Of a stretch of 64,000 nt of DNA, positions 50,014-62,778 are shown piece after piece. The stretch's first letter is position 1, and each line of letters begins with the position of its first letter. The notes beneath the pieces are model-generated. The model searched no databases. It was not told where the DNA came from and saw only the letters and a list, made by a program, of their open reading frames with translations. Source of the stretch: Nemertoderma westbladi (taxonomy: Eukaryota > Animalia > Xenacoelomorpha); the NCBI GenBank assembly GCA_032718475.1, contig JAUCBJ010008854.1:9746-73745 (forward strand). Reading direction: 5' to 3'. The translations under genes were made by a program, and so were the position numbers.

Positions 50014-52692
50014 ATGATTACGTTAGTTTTTTTGTGGAGGTTTGTAATGCTTTCTATATGTGTTGCTTGTACATTCGTCATCCAATGTGCTTATGCCAAT
50101 GAAGATACTGTTATTGCTAAGCCGGATAACAAAGTTCGTGTTTTAGAAAACCTAATCTTAATAACCACGTTGGATGGCACAATATACGGGACCAGTTTAT
50201 CTACTGGGGCGATCAAATGGCAGTTTAAGGATGGGCCACTCCTTCGAATGTCGTCCGTCATTCCAAAGAAAGGGCCGATGTTTTTACCTGACCCGACCGA
50301 TGGCACTCTTTACGCTTTCGGAGGCCCCACAGCGGATTTTGAGAGGCTCAAGAAATTGCCTTACTCGATACAGGAGTTAACAGCGGAGTCCCCTCTGCGC
50401 GGCGATGATGGGGTCCTTTACACCGGGAAAAAGTTAGATAAATGGTACGGGATAGACCTAGAAACGGGATCCCGCAGTACAACGCTGAATGTAGACGGTT
50501 CGACTGAGTGTCCGAAGCTCGATGAGTCTGCAGGTAACCTCGTCTGGATCGGACTCACCGAGTACACCATGGCCACGTACGATGGGGCTACGGGTGTCCC
50601 ATTATGGAACGTAAGTTACGTTGAATACAAGTCTAATGTGTGGCGACCAGGCGGAGTGGATCCGCCCACGCTTTACGCTAGCACCTCCAGTGGGCTCACG
50701 GTCGCCGTGGATACCGAACGGGTCGTCTGGGCTAACGAACTACACCCTGAATCCCCCGTGGTGGGTGCATACTTACTGGGTCCCCCGCGTGGTGTAACCC
50801 ATCTACAGCGGGTCCCTTTTAAGTCGGTTCGCTCTCACAGACTCTTGGGTCTATCTGAGGGTGACCCCCTCCCCCAATGGATGTCCGGCGCGCCGCCCCT
50901 ACTGCAGACTCTCTACGTCGCCCAGCAACCCCCGCTGCTGTTCGCCATGTCCGCCTTCGTGGACCAATCAGAGACGAGTATAATCCCACAGGATTCCTCG
51001 ACCCCGCGAATCTCCGGCCCCTCCGACATCTCCGAGAGCGCCCCCATGCGGGGAGTAGAGGAATCCCAGGTGGCGGTGATGAGTCAGTGCGCGCGTAAAC
51101 GCACGCCGCGCTCGTGCCGCGCGCAGCACATCCTGTTGCTAGGCTACCACGACCTCCCTCCCGCGGTCCCCACATCCGCCATGATCGCGTTACTGGGCAA
51201 CCGAACGGTCGCCACGCAACCGCTGCCCGGCGACCAACCTGCCCCGCTAAACGTTTCCGCGACCCCCCAGATCGCCTCTCCCCCTGGAACTCTCCGAGAC
51301 AACATCGCAACTTCGTCTCTAGTTATTATAATATCGGGAATATCCGGTGGTTTAGTCGCCTTTTTATTCCTCATTCTGAATAAACGTTTACTAAATAAAC
51401 AATTATCTCCTGCGAACGTTTCAGATTACTCGTTACTTTCGTCGAATTCCTCCTCCTCGTACGACGGTTCCTATTCCGCGAGCAGCGGCGCGATTACCAT
51501 CGGGAAGATCGGCTTCTTCCCGGACTCGATACTGGGCCGCGGGTGCGAGGGGACCTGCGTCTACCGGGGGCTGTTCGAGGAGCGACCCGTAGCGGTTAAA
51601 CGCCTTCTGCCGGAGTGCTTCCAGCTGGCGGACCGGGAGGTCGCCTTGCTGCGGGAGAGCGACGCCCATCCCAACGTGGTCCGCTACTACGCGACCGAGA
51701 CGGACCGGCAGTTTCGTTACATCGCCTTGGAGTTGTGCGACGCTACGCTGCAGGATTACGTGGAGGATCCGTCGTACAGCGGGCCGCGAGTGTCCGACGC
51801 GTCGTCGTTACTGCGGGGCGCCACAACCGGGTTGCGACACCTCCACCATCTAGGGATAATCCATCGAGATATTAAACCGCAGAATGTTCTTCTAATCTCT
51901 CGTCGTGGTTCTTCCGAGCCGATCACCGCGGTTATTTCCGACTTTGGGTTGTGTCGGAAGTTGTCGGTCGGTCGGGGGTCGGTCACGCGATCCGGTGGGA
52001 TCGCCGGCACCTCAGGTTGGATCGCACCCGAGGTGCTAAACACCTCGTCTACGACTCGATCCGTCGATATATTCTCCGCGGGTTGCGTTTACTATTACGT
52101 GTTGAGCGACGGCCACCATCCCTTCGGGGATCCCATCCACCGACAGACTAACATCGTGGACGGGACCTACAGCGTGTCGCGTTGCGCTCCTACCGCCGGG
52201 GACCTGATAGAGTGGATGGTCCGGCGTAGGGGACGTCCGTCGGCTCACGCTGTGCTGCTGCACCCCTTCCATTGGAGTCCCGAAAAACAGACGCAGTTCC
52301 TGATGGACGTGAGCGATCGTGTGGAGAAGGAGACGATGGATTCCTGTGGGTTTTTGCGCGATCTGGAATGCGAGACGATTATTGGGGGCAACTGGGTGGA
52401 CCGGGTTACTCCCGATCTACAAGCTGATCTGCGTCGTTACCGCACCTACAGAGCCGAGAGAATCGCTCATCTACTTCGGGCCATTCGGAATAAGAAACAC
52501 CATTACAAGGACCTCCCAGACGAACTGAAACTCAGTCTCGGAGACACGCCCTCCTCCTTTATCCACTACTTTACCTCCCGTTTCCCTCTGCTCATCACCC
52601 ACACATACAAGGTGTGTTACTCTATCCGTCACGAGAACCGATTCCAGTCCTACTACTCCTCTCAAGAGTCGACAGACGACCCACGACGTTAA
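50014..52692 (+). CDS. ERN1: IRE1 ER-stress kinase/endoribonuclease, single coding exon (892 aa)
   Basis: Signal peptide; luminal TLDG..FLPDPTDGTLY..KKLPYSIQEL; TM helix; kinase GRGCEGT, VAVKR, HRDIKPQN, SDFG, GWIAPE; KEN domain LLRAIRNKKHHY, YFTSRFP. Confidence 0.96.
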   Translation: MITLVFLWRFVMLSICVACTFVIQCAYANEDTVIAKPDNKVRVLENLILITTLDGTIYGTSLSTGAIKWQFKDGPLLRMSSVIPKKGPMFLPDPTDGTLYAFGGPTADFERLKKLPYSIQELTAESPLRGDDGVLYTGKKLDKWYGIDLETGSRSTTLNVDGSTECPKLDESAGNLVWIGLTEYTMATYDGATGVPLWNVSYVEYKSNVWRPGGVDPPTLYASTSSGLTVAVDTERVVWANELHPESPVVGAYLLGPPRGVTHLQRVPFKSVRSHRLLGLSEGDPLPQWMSGAPPLLQTLYVAQQPPLLFAMSAFVDQSETSIIPQDSSTPRISGPSDISESAPMRGVEESQVAVMSQCARKRTPRSCRAQHILLLGYHDLPPAVPTSAMIALLGNRTVATQPLPGDQPAPLNVSATPQIASPPGTLRDNIATSSLVIIISGISGGLVAFLFLILNKRLLNKQLSPANVSDYSLLSSNSSSSYDGSYSASSGAITIGKIGFFPDSILGRGCEGTCVYRGLFEERPVAVKRLLPECFQLADREVALLRESDAHPNVVRYYATETDRQFRYIALELCDATLQDYVEDPSYSGPRVSDASSLLRGATTGLRHLHHLGIIHRDIKPQNVLLISRRGSSEPITAVISDFGLCRKLSVGRGSVTRSGGIAGTSGWIAPEVLNTSSTTRSVDIFSAGCVYYYVLSDGHHPFGDPIHRQTNIVDGTYSVSRCAPTAGDLIEWMVRRRGRPSAHAVLLHPFHWSPEKQTQFLMDVSDRVEKETMDSCGFLRDLECETIIGGNWVDRVTPDLQADLRRYRTYRAERIAHLLRAIRNKKHHYKDLPDELKLSLGDTPSSFIHYFTSRFPLLITHTYKVCYSIRHENRFQSYYSSQESTDDPRR

Positions 52693-54924
52693 CTTACTAA
52701 TCATTTCTATTTGTTTAAATATCCAGGGTTGGTGCCGGTTTTGGATTCATTGTTGCACAGTTTGGAGAAATAACTATTTTTCCTTCGTATTATTTTGGGT
52801 TACATTTATATTTTATATTGGTTAGTAAGATGAATAGCGTAGATGGTTAGTCTTTACTGTATAGTTCATATATAGTTTGTTTATTATGTTGAGTATTTAA
52901 TTAAATATTGATATTTAAAAGACACAAGTTTTGATAATAATGTAACTATTTAATTTACATATCTGATCTCGATTTAACGAACAATTAATTCCATTCCATT
53001 ATGTGGATTTATTATGTGGAGTTGCCTCTGCGGTTTTTGCGGGAATACGGCAGACCTGTATCAGCTAACACACTGCACAAAGAATAGGAAAGCGCTTTAT
53101 CAATGGGCAAGTTTTTAAACTCTTTTTTAAATTAATATTTTCTAACTCTTAAACATATTAAATTAATATTGTGTGCTTTTACTGTAACACATGCCTCCAC
53201 TTGGCTTGATTACTATTATTGTTATTTGGATTTATCAGATTCGTCAACACATTAGTCGTCTTGTATCTACTTAGTACGGATCTCGTCCAGTTTCGTCACG
53301 ATTTTAACATTGCGTAATACTCCACAGATAAAAGCGGTACCCTTCATCATCTCAGAGTTCTTTGTAGATTTTTATTACCAATAATCAGTCCATATTACGT
53401 CGCATAGGTTACAAGTTACAACAATATAGATATACTATCTCGCTCGCTAATCGTACGGTCTCATTGTCTGGGTAGCACTAGCCGACCGTACGTACTAAAC
53501 TAAACAAAATACTACCACTCACTTTTAGCCACCATCATCGTTCCCCTCCAATCACCCATAACTTGGGTCATTAAGCTTAAAAGTGGTCAATGGTTTGTCC
53601 GGAAGTTACGATATAATTTTAAATGTTTTAATTTATTCGTATATAATAAAGTTATATATTATTTTGTAGCTAATTTATTTGCGCAGCTTACGCACTAAAA
53701 ATTAACAAAATCTGTTAAGGCAGTCAAAAGATATGCCCCATTAAAGACTGAAATATCGTGAAAATCAGTTGTCCCTTACATGACAAAACCACAAACAACT
53801 GTAAATTTTATTACCCCAAGTGGCAAATATATAGGAAACCTATTGTTGGGAAGCTTAGATGTTTTGCTTTTTTTCAGATTTATTTCAGGCCATAATATTC
53901 ATGTTGAACCATTGAGATTGATACATAAAATGGGCATGGATTTTTCATTTTTTGTGTCACATCTGTAACATTTACGTCTAGAATCTGAAGTAGTAACTGT
54001 AGGTTTACAGTTTTGATATATTTAGAATCAACAGGGTTTCTAACATAGGCCAAATATCACATACAAAGGACAAGGTCATCTCATTTGGGAAGCATTTATG
54101 TTTAACAAAGTCAAATTTCATACAAGTATAATGATACGTGTGGAAAGGCAATTTTAATTTATGCCGCATCAACCCCAAGAGTTAATGTGATAAATAAACA
54201 CCTAGGATGTATAGCGGTGGTAAGCGATTTAGTCAACTATCTGTAACGCGTCACCGTTACAGTGCAGTGCGTTACAGATAGGGCATGTCTCATCTGTAAC
54301 GCATTATATAACAAGTTATCGATGCGTTACAGACTGTAGGTTTTCAGTCGTATCTGTATGACAGTCCTATATGTAACGGAGTGTCATCCTGAAATACAAT
54401 AAGGCATCACTGACAATACTTGAATGCCTACGCGTTTGATACGTTCTTCGTCTTCCTACTGACATCCTAACTGCTCATGGTAATGTGGTAGTGTAAGATG
54501 GGTAAGTGTAAAACGCGGAACCGGATGCAGGATCCGGATCGGTACCCGGATTTTGAGGTTAAAACGCGGATCCGGATTTTGATGAAATCCGGAAATGAAT
54601 GCAAAATGCGAATTCAAGATAATTTTCATTGCCAAGTGTTACTGGATCCCGTAAGGGGAGTAAAACACGGATTCATGTTTATCTCTATCCGGGAAGAGGT
54701 GATTGTGGATTCTGGGGAGTAAAGCGCAGATTCACTTCACATATGAAATTGTATGAATCCAGAGCTTCTGGGTCCGTGGTAAATAATTTAGGAATTAATT
54801 GCAAGTATACAATCTCTATCCTACAGTATACATTTTATGTATTAATAAAATGTGCTTTCTGGAAAATTTTGCTTCATTTCGTTTAGAATTGTAAAAGATA
54901 CATTTCCTACAAGACGATGTTTTT

Positions 54925-56190
54925 TTTAACATACAATATATTGTACAGACGGTCCTTTGCCCAATGTTTTGTTTTTCGTTTTTCATGATTAGGGTCTGCA
55001 GACGTACAGTATATAGATAGACTTCAATAAATTTGTATGTCTAATTTCATCTGACATGAAGCAATAAATAAACAAAAGTAAATAATCCAGTGACTGTTAT
55101 CAGTGAGTCTTGTGTAACTTCAATGTAAGATTATAATTTACTCTAATGATTAAATACTCTAATGCGTATAAAAGGCCTATATTTTACTTTCAATTTCTAA
55201 ATCATTGCCTTAACATCACTTACTGACTTACATGACGGACTTGTGCACTACTTATATTATTGTGATAAGTTTAGTCAGATCCCTTTATTGGATGATGTAA
55301 TGGACGTCTCTGTATCAGTTGCAGAGAAACGCCAGGGAGCGGTTAAAATCGACTTGGCAGTCCAGTAAAACTTGTCCAGTCTAAAAAATAAAATACATAC
55401 AGTATAAAAATACAGGGTAATTTAATAGCATTGTCTAAAAATATTGAAATAAAAATTATAACAATTGATTAAATTTACAATAGGTTAGTAGATTTGCCTC
55501 CTTCAATCTAGACGTAAAAATATCTTTGTTGGATGAGTTCACTATGTCATCCGATAAATTATTCCAAATTGAAACAACTCGGTTACTAAAACGAAATTTA
55601 CTAATTTGGAGTCTAGCGCGATATTGAAACAGTTTAAAATTATGACCTCTTGTGTTAAGTGTACTCGCACCAGTGAAAAAGGAATCAAAATCCAAATCAA
55701 CACAATTGTGAATAATGGAGTAAGTCATTTTTAAATCGAAAATTAACCTACGGACTTCTAGAGGTTGTAAGTCCAAAAACTGCAAACGCTCCATGTAGGT
55801 TATATTACCTAGTCGGCATCGAGCAAATAACCTACACGTGAAATAACGCTGGACTCTTTCGATCAGATCAATGGAGCCCAGTTGGAAAGGGGACCATACG
55901 GGAGTACAATATTCTACCAGCGGCCGAACGTACGCTTTATATGCCGTTAATAAAGCTTTTACATTACTGGTATGGAAGCACCTAAAAATTAAATTTGCGA
56001 TCTTAAAACCTTTAGCAGCTTGAACTTTACAATGTCGATCGAATTTTAGATTATCGCTAAAAGTTACGCCTAAATCTCTACATTCTGTATCGGGCTTAAG
56101 TAACATACCGTTAAGAAAATATTGTTTCGGGACATCTATTTGTTTACCACCAAAATGAACTACAGTGCACTTGTGAGCCGCTATAGTAAG
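54925..56190 (-). mobile_element. 3' end of a CR1-clade LINE (ORF 55456-56106)
   Basis: RDLGV, YKAYVRPLVEYCTPVWSP, IERVQR, TRGHNFKL, FSNRVVSIWNNL. The 3' UTR boundary is approximate. Confidence 0.85.
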
Positions 56191-57661
56191 TGGTCGGAAG
56201 AGTCGATTTGGTCGGCAAAGTCGGCTCCACCTATAGTCTACATATAAAGTTTTGCGACTTTTAGCGACCCTCCATATAGTCTATTGTTGGCCTATGAGGA
56301 TATATGTAAGCCGAACTGCCGACCACTTGCGACTTACCCTCAGTTCACTGGGTCGAATAGTCTCCTTTATACCTGTATAACATATATATAAAGAATAATT
56401 TAATTATCATATAAATAGTATTACTGAACTAGTAGGTAAAGTACATTTAGTACTTTATTAAGAAATTATTATTTAGCCGTACAATAAGCATTACACCAAC
56501 CATATTGCCTAAAACGTGATGAGTTATAGTTAATTAGACAAGAAGGCTTGTGATAGGCCGCGACCTACCGACTGGGTGCGACCATTAGTCGCCAAAAACG
56601 GGTCGATTGGGATTTGCGTCGAGTTTCCCCCCCCCCCCCCCCCCCTGTCTCGAATGTACACAGTGGTAACCATTACCTTATTAATATTAAAAAACAATCT
56701 GAATACAATTGGCGGGAAATTCAAATTTCAATTTTTTTGATGAAAATATCATAAGAACTAACTACTGAACTGACTGACTGAACTGGGCCTATCTGACTGC
56801 AGGACTGTACCGGTAACCCTACTGTAAGTCTGTAAGTGAACTTGCAGACCGGTATACAGGTATACTGTATACATTATACTGTTATATGAGCATGGCATGA
56901 GGTAGGTGTACAATTTCAATGCAAATATACACATAAAATTATCTCCCTAGGTAAGTCCCCTCGGCCTCCTTATAAGTTTAAGGCAGTAAGGTATACATGA
57001 TACAACCTGTATATACCTATATACGTCTGTTCAGATTTTATTTAAGTATTAGTATTAGGCCTATTTACACAGCACATCTCTGTGGTGCTTTTTATCTAGC
57101 ATGGCTGAGTGCAAATTTTAATGTGTTTAACTAACTATATTACCGGTACCTTTTACCTTTAACAGTTTAACGAATATGTCATTAAACAAAACAATAAACA
57201 AAGTATATCACTACTGCACTATATTGTACAGTTGTATTAGGCCTAGTACAGTATTATGTGTATTATCATACCAGGTACCGGTATGTCAGTATGTATTATT
57301 AAATACTACTGCTGTACCTACTGACTGACTGACTGACTGAAGCCCTACCGGTATGCCCTACTACCTGACTACAGTACTATACTGCTACATAGGCTATATA
57401 TATCTGTCTGTCTGTATCTGACAATAATATGCAATAGCAATACGCGGTGCGGTACCTACTGAATACAGATAATACGGTACATTAATATAGCATGTATGTA
57501 TGTATAGGGTACCTGTAGCTCTACAGCTCTATACGGGTATAGTGTAGAGTAGGCCTAGGCCTATTATCTTAGCTTATTGCAGTATTAGGCCTATTTAATT
57601 TGGCAGTTCTGCAATTGGCAGGTTGTCTGGTTGTCCTAATCCAGTATTCAGCTAATTGTGA

Positions 57662-60043
57662 ATGGATACAGAAACAGAAGATTTCGTTGCCTATGGCACT
57701 GCCCTTCCCAAAATAAACAATGCGGTCGTTAAGAGAAAACTTCACAACGATAAGGATGATATCCCAGTGGATGACCAAGGCCGACAACGATTCCATGGGG
57801 CGTTCACGGGAGGGTTTAGCGCGGGTTACTTTAATACTGTCGGGAGCAAGGAAGGTTTCACTCCGGGGAAATTCCATAGTTCGTCCGCAAAGAATGCCGC
57901 CGGCGGGGTGTTCCAAGTCCAACAACAACCCGAAGATTTTATGGATGACGAGGATTTTAGTGACCACGGAATAGCGCCGAAGAGGTTGTCTGTTCTAAAT
58001 TGTTTCACATCTGTTGAGCATCGAGATAAATTCAATGAGAGAGAAACTTCTAACATTCAGGGCTACGTGGAAAGGTTTCTGAGGCCGAGTAAACATACAA
58101 TAGGAATTACAATATTACGAGGTATGGGTTGGAGGGAAGGGTTTATTTTCGGGGCTGCGAAGAGGAAAGAGAAGGTCTACGGCTGTCAGCTGCCGCCGGG
58201 TCTCTCTTCAGCTAATTCCGAGATCGACGACGAAGAAGTCGAGATTAAAGACAATCTGTCGGAGTTGCGAATAAAGTCTGACACTCGCGGACTTGGATTT
58301 ATTACCGGTACCGTTCCCGGATCCATTTCCGCGCATATTAATTTATTCGAAGCGCCAACTAAGTCGAGTAAACGATCCCGAGGGGAGGCATTCGGTGTGG
58401 GGGCCTTGGAGGAGGAAGACGAGGCTGTTTACGATGATTCATCGACTCGGCTGTTCGACGATTCCGAATTACGTTCTTCCGTCGTCCAAGATTCCGTCTC
58501 TTTACGAGGACTCGATTTATTCGTAAAGTCGCGAATACAAGTCGCTTCGGCAACCAGCTTGTATTTACCGCCGCCCCTTCCGGCGGGTTACGTTCCTTCC
58601 GTGTTCGTCCCGGTAGTTCCGAATACATCCACTCGGAATATACGGTTGACGGCTGTAGACCGGTCGTTGATACTCGGGGAAACTCGACTATCTGAGTTGC
58701 GGAAATCGCCAGAGAGAAAGAGGGAGCGTAAATCCAGGTGGGGGGAACCAGTGCGTTCCGTCGACGCACAACCTGTTCGTTCCGCTGACACGGAACGACC
58801 GACTCCGACTGAGTCCCTCACCCACTCCGAGTTCCGACCGTTTTCCGCGGACTCCCCAAAACAACGCCGTTACGAAACGTTCCTCTCGAGCGGGTGTGCG
58901 GAACCCGCGGAGCTGGAGGAGTTCCGCAGCGCGGCGCGGCTCTACAGACCGCTGGCGCCCCGACTCGCCGCCCGCTTCGTCCACTCCCGCTTCCAGGCGG
59001 GTTCGGTGGACCCCGAGGAAGAGAGTCGGTCGGAGGAAGCCGACGACATGCGTCGCGCCGTAGCCAGGCGGATGTTCGGGGGACTCACACGACGCACCCG
59101 GGTGTGGCGCCCTCTAGCGGTCGTCTGTAGGAGGTTCAACGTACCGGACCCCTTCCCAAACGACGTCACTTCCGGTACGGTTGCTTCCGGTTTGAAACCG
59201 CCGGTTGTAACTCCGCTACCCGCAGAACCAGCTGTTATTATAATACCGGAGAATTCGCCTAAATTAAACGCGACTGAATCTTCCGAAGACGTTCACGGAA
59301 TCGTTAAAGAAGAAGTTATCAAACCCTCTATGGATTTATTCACCTCAATATTCGGAGACAGCGACGGAGAGGACAATAGCGAGCCGTCGAAAATGAAACT
59401 AAACGATGATTCAGACTCAGAAATACAACGAACACCTCCAGGAGTCCCTGGCGTTGTTTCTTATCAACTTAATAAGAAACCGGATATTTTGCGGGATTCG
59501 ATCGCCCCAGAACCGGTTGTTATCAACTCAAATGAAACCGATATATTGGATTCTACGGAAATGGAACGCGATTGCGTTTCATTGCGACAAACTAAGTCGG
59601 TTCCGTCGTCTGATATTATAGATGATCGGAGTTCCCAACTAATTTCCTCCAATCCTTTAAATCTAAATAAACCTAATAAAATCGAATTTGTTCCCAAATC
59701 TTCGAGGCTAAAATTAAATCAATCTTCCCGTTTTCGCCTCCAAACCGGTTCAGTTAATGAAACTGAAACAGATGTAGAGAAACCTACAACCGTGTGCGAT
59801 AAAGTGGAACTTTTTGTCCCAGGTATTCCCTTACCAGGGTGCGATAAAGTAGAACATTTTGGACCTAGTCTTCCGTTGACTGGGTCTGATAAAGTAACAG
59901 TCGAAGCGGAACTTCTGAGGGAAAAATCAAAGTCTAGAAAACACAAGAAAAAAAATCACAAACACAAACGCGACCGTGATGGAGATAACATTTCCCACGA
60001 TCCAGTTAAGAAACACAAACACAAGAAGTCATCTAGCAGGTGA
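57662..60043 (+). CDS. GPATCH1: G-patch domain-containing protein 1, single coding exon (793 aa)
   Basis: YGTALP, DDQGRQRFHGAFTGGFSAGYFNTVGSKEG, PEDFMDDED, G-patch GITILRGMGWREG, WRP..CRRFNVPDP, KPSMDLFTSIF, basic tail. Confidence 0.95.
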   Translation: MDTETEDFVAYGTALPKINNAVVKRKLHNDKDDIPVDDQGRQRFHGAFTGGFSAGYFNTVGSKEGFTPGKFHSSSAKNAAGGVFQVQQQPEDFMDDEDFSDHGIAPKRLSVLNCFTSVEHRDKFNERETSNIQGYVERFLRPSKHTIGITILRGMGWREGFIFGAAKRKEKVYGCQLPPGLSSANSEIDDEEVEIKDNLSELRIKSDTRGLGFITGTVPGSISAHINLFEAPTKSSKRSRGEAFGVGALEEEDEAVYDDSSTRLFDDSELRSSVVQDSVSLRGLDLFVKSRIQVASATSLYLPPPLPAGYVPSVFVPVVPNTSTRNIRLTAVDRSLILGETRLSELRKSPERKRERKSRWGEPVRSVDAQPVRSADTERPTPTESLTHSEFRPFSADSPKQRRYETFLSSGCAEPAELEEFRSAARLYRPLAPRLAARFVHSRFQAGSVDPEEESRSEEADDMRRAVARRMFGGLTRRTRVWRPLAVVCRRFNVPDPFPNDVTSGTVASGLKPPVVTPLPAEPAVIIIPENSPKLNATESSEDVHGIVKEEVIKPSMDLFTSIFGDSDGEDNSEPSKMKLNDDSDSEIQRTPPGVPGVVSYQLNKKPDILRDSIAPEPVVINSNETDILDSTEMERDCVSLRQTKSVPSSDIIDDRSSQLISSNPLNLNKPNKIEFVPKSSRLKLNQSSRFRLQTGSVNETETDVEKPTTVCDKVELFVPGIPLPGCDKVEHFGPSLPLTGSDKVTVEAELLREKSKSRKHKKKNHKHKRDRDGDNISHDPVKKHKHKKSSSR

Positions 60044-61499
60044 CATTTACTAGTTTGGCCTCCTATATTATTTCTATTATTTCTTTCTTTTCAATCAATT
60101 CGTCATCAAATTCTCCTTCAAAAATCTTGTAATATAATGTCTTTATTCGACGGCTAATACATCTTTATTCGACGGCTGAGTCTCACAGTCCACTTTTTTG
60201 TATTTTCTATTGATACATACCTTCATGTGGTACATGCATCCAACAGTTACGGTTTTTTGAAGTTCCATATCTGGAGAACAAATAATCCCCTTATAGTCTG
60301 GTCGATTTAGGAGCAATTTTAGGTGTACCCGGAAAAAAATTTTACCAAGCCAAATTTGGTATAATTAGAAGCGCAAATTTATGCTCTTTAAGAATATCGA
60401 AAGTCCTCCGCAGCATACCTTGGGCAACTTTTTTTATAGCCATTTTCTTGAACCCTATCCATAAGAAAAATCAATTCAAATTTACTTGATCTTCACTTGG
60501 AATATTTCATAGTTGCTACGAGACAATTTAATATTTCATATTCTTATCTGTTAATTACATCCATAATTGTATACATAATATAGACTGAAATTTAGCGGTG
60601 TCAGCTAGTAGTTTACCCCACTCACGCCTGGTTGCTGGCGTTATATTGGTTCCAAGGCAAGCAAAGCTTGAATTTGACCTATTATTTTTATTATTACGCT
60701 CTCCAAACTTAGTAATGAGTTAGATCTGGGGTCTAGTTATGCATGGCTGACTCATCAACTGAAAATACTGTAAGGGACATGCCTATCAAAAGACTCGACT
60801 GGCTTGTATGCACACTAGTTAGATGTGCTTAATTATTCTGAAAATATAATGGAGTATGGTAAATTCCATATAGACATCATCTCAACATTTTACAATAAAA
60901 AATGTCGTTCTTTCGACACTTTCGGGCACCGGTAGAACACTTAGCTATTATGGTAGCTAGCTAATTTTTCCAAAAATTTTTTTAAATGAAAATATTTCGT
61001 GATTAAATTATTCCTCGACATCGATGCAACATTAAATAATCAAAATATTATATTCTGGAACACTGTTGTGGTAGCTAGTAAAAATTTGTCAAAAACCTAA
61101 TAGGCAATTATTTTAGTAAGTTTAATAAGTTAGTAGTAAGTAAGTTTTGTAAGTTTTCTAATGCAAATTTTATACTTGGAAATACATTATAAATTGATAA
61201 AGACATTAATATAAACATTATCATGTTTTCTTTCTGTTTTAGAAAATGTTCTACAAATTAAGTAGATATGTTTTTTTTATGGTAGCTAGTATTTTTTTAC
61301 TAGCTAGTATTTATTGAAATTATAAAAAAATGTCAAAAAATTGATATTTCAGGTTTAAATTACAACAGGATAACCAACAGTTTACAGTTTATATTAATTT
61401 TTTTATGATGTAAGTAATTCAACTGCACTTTTCAAATTGGAGAAAGTTCTTAATTGTGTATGTAGGCCTATTGAATGAAATAAAGAAAAGATCTAGAAC

Positions 61500-62420
61500 T
61501 GTTCGCGCTTTTAGACCTTTAACAGTTTAACCTGCTAATTTAAGTGTCTCATTAAATCGACTATTGCCCTTACTAATTGACATCAGTTGAAACCAGTCTA
61601 TGCGCGGCTTATGACCCACAGGTGTGGGAGACTTTATTCAGTTCTAGAGAAAGTTATTGCATGTAGGCTACTTTGTATTATTCGATTGATCGCTACTATA
61701 TAATCTCCGACAACTATATTTACTTTCGGGGAAATATTAACAGTTCCTTTAGGACGTGGCGCTCTAAGTATCAAACAGAGTTATGACTTATACTAATCAC
61801 AACTAGAGGCAATAAGGTATCGCAAATGGCGCATTCTTTAGGAATGCTTTATTAACCTTCACACTAATATCACACTAATGCACACTGATTTGCCGACTGT
61901 CACTGATTTGATCATATATAAGGAGGATTGCAACTCACTATATAAGGAGGATTGCAACTCACGTACGTTGGGATTTTGAAATAGCATTTATTTCACACAA
62001 AAACCACTATAAATTGAGCCACAATTGCTACTGATACACCCTTCTGCTTACCTCAGTAATTAAAACGTTGAGGGGGATTTACGATTATTTATCAGTATTC
62101 TCCAAATATAACATCCATTAATATAAACAGCAATTGACAATAATATAAAACAGTATATTAGAAAACAGTGCGGTGAAATCAGTCAGTATGTATACAATGT
62201 CCGAATTGGTACTGTATGTTGTGGTATGTATGAATTACGTGAAATACGATATGGTATGAAATATGTGCAATGTTAATAGATTTGCGTTCTTATAACTCTA
62301 GCCTCTGATGTTAGGGCAAAGTCTGAAAGTCAGAACGTCCGAATGAATCCCGAATCAAGCATGGATTCTCGGAGACTGCCGCATTGCGTCATCTTCCGTA
62401 GGCGGCTGTAAACAGAAAGA
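61500..62420 (-). mobile_element. Diverged LTR of a sister BEL family (solo/truncated)
   Basis: Reverse complement of the LTR end TGTTCGCGCTTT, with shared blocks such as AATATTAACAGTTCCTTTAGGACGTGGCGCTCTA and GCATTCTTTAGGAA. No TSD found. Confidence 0.8.
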
Positions 62421-62424
62421 GGGG

Positions 62425-62778
62425 ACTAAAAAACACCAATGGTTGTATCGGCAGTTCTCACAGTATGGGTTTCACTCTGTGCGGCGCAGTGATCGTTACT
62501 GGGCCGGCTTATAGACTGATCTTATCATCGAACAAGTCATAATGAGATCTATCAAGAGCAGAGGAGGTCTTACTAGAGGTCGAGGGATTACAGAATCTGT
62601 TAGATTGATGTGGGTATACAGTATCCATGAATGTGCCCAAGTGCATTATGCAATGACCACACTGACAGGACTTTCTCACAGGACCAGTGAACAGCATGTG
62701 GAGCTTACTGCCGCAAGAAGAACAAGGGATTTTGACGACATGGTTGAAATTATCAATTGGATATCCCAACATAACTAA
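62425..62778 (+). pseudogene. Fragment of a large DNA-transposon protein (probably Academ-type)
   Basis: HQWLYRQFSQYGFHSVRRSDRYWAGL*TDLIIEQVIMRSIKSRGGLTRGRG, recognised from memory as an invertebrate transposon protein motif. The superfamily assignment is tentative. Confidence 0.5.

Noticed and set aside
54200-54760. Small MITE-like pieces (TGTAACG and CCGGAT repeats); similar pieces at ~49160-49820 and ~56190-56650
   Set aside because: No convincing paired TIR plus TSD could be established by eye.
50091-59946. Short antisense and alternative-frame ORFs overlapping IRE1 and GPATCH1
   Set aside because: Expected shadows of GC-rich coding sequence, with no recognisable motifs.
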